NCBI RefSeq assembly: GCF_009914755.1
Contig: NC_060938.1
DNA: 64,000 nucleotides
Source: the human T2T-CHM13v2.0 reference genome, Homo sapiens
Strand: one strand, 5' to 3'
Shown: positions 42,511-59,779 of the stretch, in pieces
Position numbering within the stretch: position 1 is the first letter of the stretch
Layout of the letters: each line of letters starts with the position of its first letter
Notes under the pieces: model-generated
The model's database searches: none
Seen by the model: only the letters and a program-made list of their open reading frames with translations
Told to the model about the DNA's origin: nothing
Translations under genes and position numbers: made by a program

Positions 42511-42790
42511 AAGTGAAACATTCTTTCAATATTTAGTAAAAAGGTAACCATATCCTGATATCATTCATTTCATTCCAGTAAGTTTTGTTCCCTGAACTGT
42601 TTTATCATTTAAATTTATTGTCACCTTTGATCCTCATCCCTGAAGCTATACCAATAATATTGACTTGAAGATTTCTCTTCAATTCCAGTACACATTCACT
42701 CCTGTGACAATATTCCTTCTGTCACTTAACACACTGTCAATTGAATCTACCTCCATCTTAATGGGCCTTCTCTGGTGCCAACTCATATAG

Positions 42791-43215
<425 letters not shown>

Positions 43216-44292
43216 TAGATTGTGGAGAATCGATATCTAAGGTAGATTTAGAATTCATTATTTTAAAAACTAATAGGCATCAACCCTGTATGCTGTATAT
43301 GGTAATTATAAATTTAAAATGTTTTGTTTCTAGAATGTTCTTGAAAATGAGAAATCATTTTTGTTAGTTTGGGCATAAAAATAGTTAAAACTAAGATAAG
43401 AGTTATCCAAATAATTGCAATAGTATAATAAAAATATCTCTTTAGCTACCAGTACTATACCCAAATTTGGAGTAAAAGATCCTGTCTTTTCGGTAGCCTT
43501 TGGTGACTTCTTAATAGCCTTAAGTATCTATTTCCTTATGTATACAATATTGATCTTCCAATATTTGTGTAATTCAAGAATATGGGTACTAAAAACTAAA
43601 AATATGAGAATATTTATATCACAAAACAAGATTAGACTAGTTATTTCAGACATGAAGAGCATATATTATTGAAATTAAGACACATATTTGATTCTGAACT
43701 TCTTAGCAGTATCTCACTTTCTTTGATTATTGCATACATTATATAATGGGAAATAAAGATAAGAAGCTTAGCACTATGTCTGACTTATTGTTATTTTAAA
43801 TGATAATACCGCATCTATTCCAAAATGATTTTATGATTCTGAATATCCTAATTTGAGAATTCATTGCATTTTAATTTGATATTTATTGTGAAGATGTAAG
43901 TGGAGATTAAACTGATACTGAATTTCAACTATATTTTGGCCACAAAAATATATGTTGGTTCCAGATCTAGTGTGTTTGTCCAAATATTCAAAAATAAATT
44001 TGTCCAAAAATTTTCAGTAATTAGGTATAAAATAGGAAAGAAATTTCCATTAGTCCTTGGTCCTAATGAGGATGTGCTATTCACAATATGGCCTATTCTA
44101 ACTAAATACCTCCTGCTGGCAAGAAATACAGCACAGCCTGTAAATATCACCAAATTAGACTTTTCAAGTGCTGGCAAGAAATGCTCAATATCTGGCAACT
44201 GATACTTTTAGGATTTGATTCTTCCTCTTTTCAGATTAATTTGCAATATTCCAAATCATTAGATGTCTTTTGTCCGTATGTTTCTGTTTACC

Positions 44293-44843
44293 TGTATTAG
44301 TCAGGGTTGTCTAGAAAGACAGAACTAATAGGATATGTATATATAGAGGGAGAGTTTATGAAGGGGAATTGACTCACACGATCTCAAATTAAAGTCCCAT
44401 AATAGGCCATCTGCAGGTTGAGGAGCAAGGAAGCCAGTGGTGGATCAGTCCGAGTCCCAAAACCTCAAAAGTAGTGAACCCGACAGTGATGCCTTCAGTC
44501 TGTGGCCAAAGGTCCAAGAGCCACTGGCAAACCACTGGTGTAACTCAGAGTCCAAAAGCTGAAGAACTTGGAGTCTGATGTTAGAGGGCAGGAAGTATAC
44601 TAGAGAAAGAAAGATTGAATGCCAGAAGACTTAGAAAGTCTGCTCTTCCATCGCTCCTGCCTGCTTTATTCTAGCCATGTTGGCAGCTGGTTAGATGGTG
44701 CCCACACAGATTGAGGGTAGGTCGGCTTCTCCTGGCCCACTGACTCAAATGTTAATCTCCTTTGGTAATACCCTCACAGACACAACCAGGAACAATAATT
44801 TGCATTCTTTAATCCAATCAAGGTGACAACATTGACCATCACA
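44293..44843 (-). mobile_element. MLT2A2 (HERVL) solo LTR
   Basis: tgtattagtcagggtt...cccaaaacctcaaaagtag...ccactgactcaaatgttaatctcctttgg...accatcaca; perfect TSD ttacc (44288-44292 / 44844-44848). Confidence 0.93.
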
Positions 44844-45409
44844 TTACCTTTAAGCAATTTACCTAAAATACCTCTTACATATATGTAATGATAATTTTTC
44901 AAGGCATTGATAAATTTCCTGTAGCTTATAATAAAAAATTACACTCTCAGTGTGGAATTATTAGTACAAATTCTAAGCATATTGGTTGATAGTAAATTCA
45001 TGGAAGAAAAATTTGATTCGGTTTGGATAAAGGGAGAACTTCCGTTGTTAGCTATAAAAACATGTATGCTAGGGATCCCTCTCCTGATGGAGATGAGAGT
45101 AGTAATTACTTATGTGAGAAAGAGGATTGCTGTAAGCAGGTAAGAAACCGAAATGGGATTCACTTTTAAAACTCGTGGACAATCCAAGGCTTTTTAGGTC
45201 AATGGTTATGGTGGGTTATGGGTACATTCCAGTTAATCTATTGTTCTACATATGCAGGATTTTTTAAACATCTTATTTGGATGTTTTTGAATTCCTTGTA
45301 TTTTAGGAAAAGAGAATGTTTTAATATAATATGCTTTTTAATTTTTTTTGACTCTAGCAACATATTCACTTTATATACTTCTAACTGTATTCCACTAAAA
45401 GATATAGAG

Positions 45410-45600
45410 ATATAGTTAGATTTGAGTTCAAATGCTGGCTTTATCACTGAAATATTTTTAAACATTAAAATTATCATGTCTTTGAACTTGTGTTCATTAT
45501 ATCTGCATCATAGTTAGCCACAAAGTTCAAGCATCCCAATATATGAGGGCATGCATAGCATACAATGACCATTCAGTAAATTTCACTATTATTAGTGATA
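45410..45600 (+). mobile_element. MIR fragment
   Basis: agatttgagttcaaatgctggcttt...tctttgaacttgtgttcattatatctg...ttcagtaaat. Confidence 0.45.
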
Positions 45601-47078
45601 AAATAATCAAAGCTTGTTGAAATTAAACAATATAAGAAAAAATGAATAAATTCTAGCTGGGGGAAAGCCCCTTTTAATTCTTCAACTTGAAAGAGAATTT
45701 CATGTGAAAAACAGTAGGCATATTTTCAATGTAAGATCTAGAAATATTTTACCAATAAAGTTATATTTTCTTGTAATTTTTCCCCAAATAAATATTATAA
45801 AAAGTAGCTAAAAATAGTTGTTTTTCTCAAAAAAACCTTATTCTTTAATTTTATAATTTTACATAAATAAGAACATGCAGCTTCAAGTGAAATATTAATT
45901 TGAAAAATACACATGGGTGTTTAATCAGGAATTAATATGAGGGTTCAACAATGTTTTCAGTAGTCACCTTAAGTTTAAAAGTTGAACAAAAAATAAAAAG
46001 AGATGAAGCAGAATTATATCAAATCGTATATTGAGATACTTTTGAGTGGGCAATAGGCAGGATATTGAAACATGTCCATATTTTCCCAGATATTTAAAGT
46101 ATGTGATGAGGCCAACTCAACATGAGGCTGGGCTTTTACTGATATATCTTTCTTTCTGTGATATTCTTTCCATTAATCACAGCTTTAACAAGTAAACCCC
46201 ATCCCTTTTTTAATAGTTAAATTTTGAATACAGTACCATTTGAAGGAAGAATTACAATATGCATTTCTCTATGACATGTAGTTAAGAGTTTTATTTTGCC
46301 ATTTATCTCTCACAAATGTTACGCAAAAAATAGTTTTTAAAAAAATATATCAATATGGCCTGAAAATATTAAAAATTTTAATGCTTGTCAAACACTAATA
46401 TAAGTAACAATGATAATATACAAAATTATGTTGTGTCACATTGATGAATCATTTATTTGACAAATCATTTTCCATTTAATGCTAATTAGAACAAATTTGT
46501 CAAGAACATCAAATCAATGGCTTGGCAGATATTATTCCTTAGAGTAAGTCTAAAAGAAAGAGAATTGAACTGATTTAAAATCTGCTAATAGAAAAAATAT
46601 CATGTAGATATTAGCACAAGTGGAATATAGACAAACATTGTCAACATGTATGAAGAAGACTAGGTTTTGAGGCATATTGCTCAGATATCCCATTTGTTAA
46701 ATATTTTGGAAATAATATAGCAAAACTCATATTTCTTGTTTTAATTCAGAGTCTCAAAAGAAAGCCACATTCAGTTATAAATACAATAACATGATGTTTT
46801 GAGTGCATTTCTAGTTACTAACTCAAAAGTTCACAATTTGTGAGATTAACTTTTGTTGATGTTTTAATGTATCTTATTATTATCAACAAATATTGATTTG
46901 AAGGTCAATCTTTAAATTACTCTTTTTTATCCCAAGTCTTTAGTTGGGATACTCACCGAAAAAACAATGTAGGACACATCTTTAAATGTATTGTGTCTCG
47001 ATAATAGTGCTTTCATCACATAATCACACAAACAAAATCAGACATATATAAAATCATATGTCCATTTATGTCCATGCA

Positions 47079-47262
47079 TGTGTTTCAAATTTTGGTTCAT
47101 AGAACACTTGGAGCAAAATCACCTGTGGTGATGTTTAAGATGCAGTTTCATGAACCACTCCCCATCTGCTAAACCAGAATGTCTATGGAAAAGGCCTGGA
47201 AATCTTTGAAGAATTTCCCAACGGGTTCTGAATGACACCAAAAATAAAGTTTGAGAATCAGA
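47079..47262. mobile_element. MER5A/B hAT-Charlie MITE
   Basis: tgtttcaaattt...aatcacctg...aaccagaatgtct...ggcctggaaatct...aagtttgagaatca. Confidence 0.65.
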
Positions 47263-47460
47263 GATACCTAGAGGATATTAAAATTATAAGATCATTGTAA
47301 TAATAGATGACATCATGTTTTTCATTCCTCTCTTCTTCTCCTTCCATTCTTTCTTCTCCTTGTCCTTCTCCTTCTCCTCATTCTTCCTATTAATAAAGTT
47401 ACTATTTATTAAAGAAAACACATTTTTCATATGCTTATGTACATATTCCATGTGTTTTCT

Positions 47461-50400
47461 TTTTATTTTTAAAATTTCAAATTTTATTTTTGATATATGG
47501 AGTACACATGCAGGTTTGATCCAAGAATATATTCCATGATGCTGAGGTTTGGACTATGGATGTCGTTACTCAGGTAATGAACACACGAGCCAAAAGGCAG
47601 TTTTTCCACCCACACCCATCCCTTCCTCTCTACCCTAATAGTCAATAGTCCAGAGTGTCTGTTGCTCCCATGTTTACGTCCACGTGGGCTAAATGTTTAG
47701 CTCCCACTTATAAGTGAGAACATGCATAAGTTTTTGGTTTTCTGTTCTTCATTAATTTGCTTAGTGTTATGGCCTCCGGCTGTATCCATGTTGCTGCAAA
47801 GGACATGATTTAGTTATTTTCTTATGGCTGCACAGTATTCCATGCTATGTATGTACCACATTTTCTTTATCCAATCCACCATTGATGGGCACCTGGATTG
47901 ATTTCATATCTTTGCTACTGTGAATAGTGTAGTGATGAACATACTACTGCACGTGTCTTTTTGGTAGCATGATTTATTTTTTGCGGGGTATATACCCAGT
48001 AATGGGATTGCTGGAACAAATGGTAGCTCTTTTTTAAGTTCTTTGAGAAATCTCCAGGCTGCTTTTCAAAATGGCTGAACTAATTAACATTCCCACCAAC
48101 AGTATATAAGCATTCCCTTTGCTCTGCAGCCTCAACAGCATCTGTTGATTTTCTACTTTTTAATAACTGCTTTTCTGAATGGTGTGAGATGGTATCTCGT
48201 TGTGATTTTGATTTGTGTTTCTCTGATGATTAGAAATAAATAGCATTTTTCTTATGTATATTGGCCAATTTAGGTCTTCTTTTGAAAAGTGTGTGTGTAT
48301 TAGTCTGTCCTCACGCTGCTAACAAAGAAATACCTGAGACTGGGTAATTTATAAAGTAAAGAGGTTTAATTGCCTCACAGTTCTGCATGGCTGGGGAAGC
48401 CTCAGTAAACTTATAATCATGGCAGAAGGGGAAGCAAATATGCCCTTCTTAACATCACAGCAGGAAGGAGAAGAATGAAAACCATTCAGAGGGGGTAGCT
48501 CCTTCTAAAACCATTAGATCTCGTGATAACTTACTATCATGAGAATAGCATATGGGAAACTGGTCCCATGATTCAATTACTTCCCACCAGGTCTCTCCCA
48601 TGACACAGGATTGTAGGGACTACAATTCATGATGAGATTTTGGTGGGGACACAGCCAAACCATATCAGTGTGTTCATGCCTTTGCCCATTTTTAATGGGA
48701 ATATTTGTTTTTGCTTGTTGATTTAAGTGTCTTGTAGATTCTGCATATTAGACCTTTGCCTGATTTATTGCTTCAGAATGACTTCTCCCATTCTGGAAGT
48801 TGTCTGTTTACTGTGTTGATAGTTTCTTCTGCTGTGAAGAAGCACTTTAGTTTAATTAGGTCTCACTTTTCATTTTTTGTTTTTGTTGCAATTGCTTTTG
48901 GGGACTTAACCAATAATTCTTTAAGAAGGCTAATGTTGAGAAGGGTTTATTTCCTAGGTTTTATTCTTGGATTTTTAGTTTGAGGTCTTACATCTTTTAT
49001 CCATCTGGAATAAATTTTTGTATATGGTAAAAGGTTAAGGGTCCAATTTCATTCTTCTACATATGGTTAACCAGTAAAACCAGAATGATTTTAATGAAGA
49101 ATTTTACCCTTTGCTTGTTTCTTGTTGGTGTTGTCAAAGATTAAATGGCTGTAGGTGTGCAGTTTTATTTCTGAGTTTTCTATTCTGTTCCATCAGTCTA
49201 TGTGTTTGTTTTGGTTTTGGTACCAGTACCAAGCTATTTTGGTTGTTGTAGCCTTGCAATATCAGTTGAAGTTAAATATTCAAGCAATATTTCAAGTAGT
49301 GTGATGTCTCCAGCCTGTTTTTTTTTTCTTTTTTCCTTTTTTTTTTTTTGTTTGTTTTTTGCTTATTATTACTTGGGCTATTTGGGCTCTTTTTTGGTCC
49401 ATATAAATTTTGGAATAGTTTTTTCTAATTCTGTGAAGAATGATGAATACTGTTGAAAGTTGGGTAGAAACAACATTGAATATATAAATTGCTTTGGACA
49501 ATATAGCCATTTTTAGCAAAATTTATTCTTCCAATCCATGAACATGGAATGTTTTTTCATTTATTTTTGTCATCACTGAGCTCTTTCAGTATCATTTTGT
49601 AGTTCTCCTTGTTGAAATATTTCACTCCTTTAGTTAGCTGCATTGCTAGGTATTTCATTTTCTTTGTGGCAATTTTAAGTGAGATTATGTTCTTGATTTT
49701 ATTATCAGCCTGGATATTATTCATCTATAGAAATGCTATTGAATTTTGTACATTGGTTTTGTATCCTCAGATTTTATTAATGTCATTTATCAGTTCTAGG
49801 AGAACTTTGTCAGAGTGTTTATGGTTTTCTAGGTATAAAATCATATTGTCAACGAACAAAGATTGTTTTACTTCTTCTTTTCCTGTTTAGATGCCTGTAT
49901 TTATTTTCCTTGCCTGATTACTCTGGCTAGGACTTCCAGTATTATGTTGAATAGGGCTGGTGAGAGTAGGCATCCTTGTCCTGTTCAGGTCTCAAAGGGA
50001 ATGGCTCCAGCTTTTGCCTGTTCAGTGCGATATTGGCTGTGGGTTTCTCACAGTTGGCTCTTATTATTTTTAGGTATGTTCCTGTGATGACTCATCTCTT
50101 GAGGGATTTTATCATGAAGGGATGTTGGATTTTAACAAAAGCTTTTCCTTTGTCACTTGAAATAATCATGTGGTTTTTGCTTTTAATTCTACTTACATGG
50201 TGAATTGCATGTATTGATTTGCATATGTTGAATCAGCCTTGCATCCCAGAAATAAAGCCTACTTAATCATGGTGTGTTAACTTATTAATATGCCACCAGA
50301 TTTGGTTTGCTAGTATTTTGTTGAGAATTTTTGTGTCTATGCACATAAAATATATTTTTGTTTCTATGTTAATCAAGGGTATTGGTGAACATCTCAGAGG

Positions 50401-50959
50401 GGTTGGAGGGCAGCAGGGCCTGCAGACCAGACATGCCCTAATCCCATAGGGGAGTCAATGCAACTTTCTCCTGGCTCAGTGGTCAGCTAGGGCTAGAGCT
50501 TCTCAGAGGGACACAGGAAGCTTTAAGGATGGGTGCTATGTCCATGCTCCATCAGAACTGCCCTGTGCACAACACCTCCCACTTCCATACCAGCTAAATA
50601 GCTGTCTGCCTACTCTCAATGCAAATCCCCCTGTCAGCTCAAACACTGATGGTGGACATGGGGCTCTCTGCAGCCAGGATCACAGAAGTCTGAAGCAAGG
50701 TTGGGAAGTCTCACAGTCCCTTCTGTCACTTGTTTCCCAGGTGCCATTTGGGGCTGAAAACAAGCCCCAGCATTTGGGTAACCTGTCAGGATTCCCAGCT
50801 TCCTCTCTCCTTGGCCTTAGCATCTGTATCACATCTTTATCCAGTATGTGTTTTCTCTCTGAAGATCTGTCCAAATTAGGTTGGTTTACTCAAAACCTTG
50901 GTTTCTCTTGGTGGCAGTGGTACTTCCTAGCTGCGTCTAATTGGGCCATCTTAACCCAG
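47461..50959 (-). mobile_element. L1PA15/16-type element with 5'UTR start and 3' end but a large internal deletion; interrupted by THE1
   Basis: 3'UTR tttagctcccacttataagtgagaacatgc; antisense ORF2 (peptide KMAILSKAIY in ORF 49292-49519) to ~50385; GC-richer 5'UTR ending ggccatctt; TSD atgtgttttct (47450-47460) / atgtattttct (50960-50970). Confidence 0.85.
48296..48667 (-). mobile_element. THE1C-like MaLR solo LTR nested in the L1PA15/16
   Basis: tgtattagtctg...gtggggacacagccaaaccatatca; perfect TSD gtgtg (48291-48295 / 48668-48672). Confidence 0.92.
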
Positions 50960-51039
50960 ATGTATTTTCTGTATAAAAAGTTTTGCCATTTTTACTGTTG
51001 ATATTGTTCAAGGCATAAAAATGGCCAATTTTATTTTCT

Positions 51040-51515
51040 CATTTAGTCAGAGTCCAGTTGGAAAGAGATGGCACACACAAATTTGAAAAATTCAAAGAAA
51101 GTTTTAAAAAAATCCAAAAGTTTGGTTGGTACATAGGACAATCATAATGAAAAGTGCTTGTCCTTGATGTTAAGCACTGGTACAAATATCATTACCTAGT
51201 TTCAAAAGGTTGAGGGAAGGGAGAAGCTTAGATTTACCACGTAAAGAAGAAAAATTTTGTAGAACAGGTTACTTTGGGAGAAGCAGAGACCTTCTGTGAA
51301 GAGACATAGCAATCAAAAGGCAGGCTTACAAGGTGTGAAGAATGACCTTGATGACTCTCTTCTCAGATCCTCTGCCATGATTTCCCATTGGCTGAACTCA
51401 ACAGGAAGTTAGAAATCATGCAAACTAATTGATGTGATTCATACTGGGTGGGCAACCTGGCAGAGAATAGGAGAGAGAGGGAAGTTTTGGAAGGACACAA
51501 AATGTATCTAGTATA
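51040..51515 (-). mobile_element. LTR33-like ERVL LTR
   Basis: ttagtcagagtcc...agagatggcacac...cccattggctgaactcaac...ttgatgtgattcata. Confidence 0.6.
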
Positions 51516-51544
51516 TTTCTCCTCCAATTAAAATATAATTGCTT

Positions 51545-51874
<330 letters not shown>

Positions 51875-52463
51875 TAAAATAAAATTGCTTTATGCTTCTG
51901 GTTTGTTCAGTGATGATAATATGTATGAAATAGGGTTAATGATCTGTGGCAATATCTGTATGTGAATACATTTTGTGTATGTGTGAACATACATGAACAA
52001 GAACAAAAAAGAGAAAAAAATAATGTCTCACTATGGATACTATAATCTCATTGTAGTATCACCTGGTTTTTCATACTTTCTTCTCATAATCTCTGGTTTA
52101 ATTTTTTTAATGTGCTTCTTCCATTCTTTAGTATATTCCGAACTTACCACCCCACTGAATTATTTTTTCTACTTCAAACTTATGCATATAGGTAATAAAA
52201 AATATGGTGTTTTGATTTACATAAATACATGCATATGCACACAAACTGTATATTTCTTCATTTAACTTCTTTGGCATTCTTATTTATTTCTAATGTAAAT
52301 GTCACATAATAAACAAATTGGTATTTACTGTCAATGACATTTGACTTTTGTTGAACAGGTTGCAAATTAACATAAACACATTACAATTTTGCTCGCTTTC
52401 TACGTTAATCAGAAGACTGTAAAATTAATTTGTAACAGGGAATTTATTTCAACAATTATTCCT

Positions 52464-52606
52464 TTCTTTTATTTTCCCTATTTGTTCACAAGATGCCTAA
52501 CATAATTTACCTAATCCAAATTCACCTCCTTCTTTTATTTTCCCTATTTGTTCACAAGATGCCTAACATAATTTACCTAATCCATATTCACCTCCTTCTT
52601 TTATTT
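52464..52606. repeat. 66-bp tandem duplication
   Basis: ttcttttattt at 52464, 52530 and 52596; the two 66-bp units differ at one base. Confidence 0.95.
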
Positions 52607-53359
52607 AAAATGTTATAACTCTTGTGTCCCTGTAAATCAAAGTAGAAATCTAGGAGGTTTTAGCTTTATACTAGCAGGTTTAAGTAATTTTTCTATTGCT
52701 TCAGAGAACCAGTACATTTCTCAGATCATTACCACCTGCTCCTGGCTTATGATCAGATCATCTCTTCCACTTTTCTGACAACTAATTAACCTGGGTGTAA
52801 AATGTAGCTTTGCCTAGGAATCAGCAATGCCATTTTAAAGCTTATTCATGGTATACGTTCAGCGTTGTGTTTTTGTTTTTCTTTTTACTTTACCAATTCC
52901 CAAAGTCTAAGTGCTTAAATTGCCAAACAAAATAAATAGTATGGATGATTTTGAAGTATTCATCCCAGAAGATAATTAAGAAAAGCATAACATTTGTCTT
53001 CAGTGTAGACATATTCACACTTGAAAATGTAGCTACTCATTTTTACTTCCTTTAAAATTGTGTTATTTTTGGTCAGAGTTTTGGAAGCTTTTTTAAGAGT
53101 AATAATAATTCAAAAGGAAGAATTGTACAGAACTAGCATCTAACTATAAATATAGAGAGACCCTAATTAAGTGGTCCATATTTACTTGATTAGTTTTAGG
53201 ACAACATTGGTAAACTAGAATGTATTTAAGAATTTACAGACAACTCTGAGATAAGCACAACATAGCCATTCTAAGTAATTTTAATCTACTTATTTTTTAG
53301 GTATTGATATTGGTGAGTCTACCCTGCATCATGTTCAGATTTCTCAAAAGAAAAGTTTG

Positions 53360-54265
53360 GAGGGAGGAGCCAAGATGGCCAAATAGGAACAGCTCCGGTC
53401 TACAGCTCCCAGCGTGAGCGACGCAGAAGACGGGTGATTTCTGCATTTCCAACTGAGGTACCGGGTTCATCTCACTAGGGAGTGCCAGACATTGGGCGCA
53501 GGTCAGTCGGTGCGTGCACCATGCACGAGCCGAAGCAGGGCGAGGCATTGCCACACTTGGGAAGCGCAAGGGGTCAGGGAGTTCCCTTTCTGAGTCAAAG
53601 AAAGGGGTGACAGACGCACCTGGATAATCGGGTCACTCCCACCCAAATATTGCGCTTTTCTGACCAGCTTAAAAAACGTTGCACCACGAGATTATATCCC
53701 GCACCTGGCTCGGAGGGTCCTACGCCCACAGAGTGTCGCTGATTGCTACCACAGCAGTCTGAGATCAAACTGCAAGGCGGCAGCGAGGCTGGGGGAGGGG
53801 CACCCGCCATTGCCCAGGCTTGCTTAGGTAAACAAAGCAGCCAGGAAGCTCGAACTGGGTGGAGCCCACCACAGCTCAAGGAGGCCTGCCTGCCTCTGTA
53901 GGCTCCACCTCTGGGGGCAGGGCACAGACAAACAAAAAGACAGCAGTAACCTCTGCAGACTTAAATGTTCCTGTCTGACAGCTTTGAAGAGAGCAGTGGT
54001 TCTCCCAGCACACAGCTGGAGATCTGAGAACGGGCAGACTGCCTCCTCAAGTGGGTCCCTGAACCCTGACCACTGAGCAGCCTAACTGGGAGGCACCCCC
54101 CAGCAGGGGCACACTGACACCTCACACGGCAGGGTATTCCAACAGACCTGCAGCTGAGGGTCCTGTCTGTTAGAAGGAAAACTAACAAACAGAAAGGACA
54201 TCCACACCAAAAACCCTTCTGTACATCACCATCATCAAAGACCAAAAGTAGATAAAACCACAAAG
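53360..54265 (+). promoter_or_regulatory. L1 5'UTR internal sense promoter and antisense promoter
   Basis: Intact YY1 site caagatggcc (53371-53380), SOX-type aacaaag (53831-53837); most CpG-rich stretch of the window. Confidence 0.85.
53595..53810 (-). CDS. L1 ORF0 (71 aa), open
   Basis: MAGAPPPASLPPCSLISDCCGSNQRHSVGVGPSEPGAGYNLVVQRFLSWSEKRNIWVGVTRLSRCVCHPFL* within ORF 53595-53879; ATG at 53810-53808. Expression not shown. Confidence 0.75.
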   Translation of the reverse strand: MAGAPPPASLPPCSLISDCCGSNQRHSVGVGPSEPGAGYNLVVQRFLSWSEKRNIWVGVTRLSRCVCHPFL

Positions 54266-55282
54266 ATGGGGAAAAAACAGAACAGAAAAACTGGAAACTC
54301 TAAAACGCAGAGAGCCTCTCCTCCTCCAAAAGAACACAGTTCCTCACCAGCAACAGAACAAAGCTGAATGGAGAATAACTTTGACGAGCTGAGAGAAGAA
54401 GGCTTCAGACGATCAAATTACTCTGAGCCACGGGAGGACATCCAAACCAAAGGCAAAGAAGTTGAAAACTTTGAAAAAAATTTAGAAGAATGTATAACTA
54501 GAATAACCAATACAGAGAAGTGCTTAAAGGAGCTGATGGAGCTCAAAACCAAGGCTCCAGAACTACGTGAAGAATGCAGAAGCCTCAGGAGCCGATACAA
54601 TCAACTGGAAGAAAGGGTATCAGCAATGGAAGATGAAATGAATGACATGAAGTGAGAAGGGAAGTTTAGAGAAAAAAGAATAAAAAGAAATGAGCAAAGC
54701 CTCCAAGAAATATGGGACTATGTGAAAAGACCAAATTTACGTCTGATTGGTGTACCTGAAAGTGATGGGGAGAATGGAACCAAGTTGGAAAACACTCTGC
54801 AGGATATTATCCAGGAGAACTTCCCCAATCTAGCAAGGCAGGCCAACGTTCAGATTCAGGAAATACAGAGAACACCACAAAGATACTCCTCGAGAAGAGC
54901 AACTCCAAGACACATAATTATCAGATTCACCAAAGTAGAAATGAAGGAAAAAATGTTAAGGGCAGCCAGAGAGAAAGGTCGGGTTACCCTCAAAGGGAAG
55001 CCCATCAGACTAACAGCGGATCTCTCGGCAGAAACCCTACAAGCCAGAAGAGAGTGGGGGCCAATATTCAACATTCTTAAAGAAAAGAATTTTCAACCCA
55101 GAATTTCATATCCAGCCAAACTAAGCTTCATAAGTGAAGGAGAAATAAAATCCTTTACAGACAAGCAAATGCTGAGAGATTTTGTCACCACCAGGCCTGC
55201 CCTAAAAGAGCTCCTGAAGGAAGCGCTAAACATGGAAAGGAACAACCGGTACCAGCCGCTGCAAAATCATGCCAAAATGTAA
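54266..55282 (+). pseudogene. L1 ORF1p, disrupted
   Basis: 1017 bp from ATG 54266 to TAA 55282; in-frame TGA at 54365 (codon 34) and 54653 (codon 130); peptides RPNLRLIGVPE and YPAKLS. Confidence 0.95.
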
Positions 55283-55318
55283 AGACCATCGAGACTAGGA
55301 AGAAACTGCATCAACTAA

Positions 55319-59172
<3,854 letters not shown>

Positions 59173-59779
59173 ACAATGAGATCACATGGACACAGGAAGG
59201 GAATATCACACGCTGGGGACTGTGGTGGAGTGGGGGTAGGGGGGAGGGATAGCATTGGGAGATATACTAATGCTAGATGACGAGTTAGTGGGTGCAGTGC
59301 ACCAGCATGGCACATGTATACATACGTAAGTAACCTGCACAATGTGCACATGTACCCTAAAACTTAAAGTATAATAAAAAAAAAGAGAAAAGTTTGAAAA
59401 TATTTTTGAAATAAGATATTACCAAGTACTATTACTGAAAGTGCACTAGGGGTAACAATTTTGAATTTCACTTTCCACTCCCAATAATTACAATAGTCCA
59501 ATATTTATTAAAATTATAAAATATGGAGTTGTAATAAAAACTACAGGCATTTCTCATTGAACTAGATAGGCACTGAGACAGACAGATCCGGCCCTGCCTG
59601 TAGCCTGTCATTTTCCGTCCTCTAGTTCTAAAATTGGGCAACTAATGGGAATATGACTATTACAATAAGAAAAATCAAGAAGGCACCAAACACATGATAA
59701 TATGTAATAAGTTGCCCCAGCTAAAATGATAACAAATATGCTTGTGAAACTTACAAAATAATGAAAATATATTTGGAAA

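Noticed and set aside
43900-44202. Overlapping antisense ORF pair (100 and 89 aa)
   Set aside because: Non-ATG starts, no recognisable homology; expected by chance in 64 kb.
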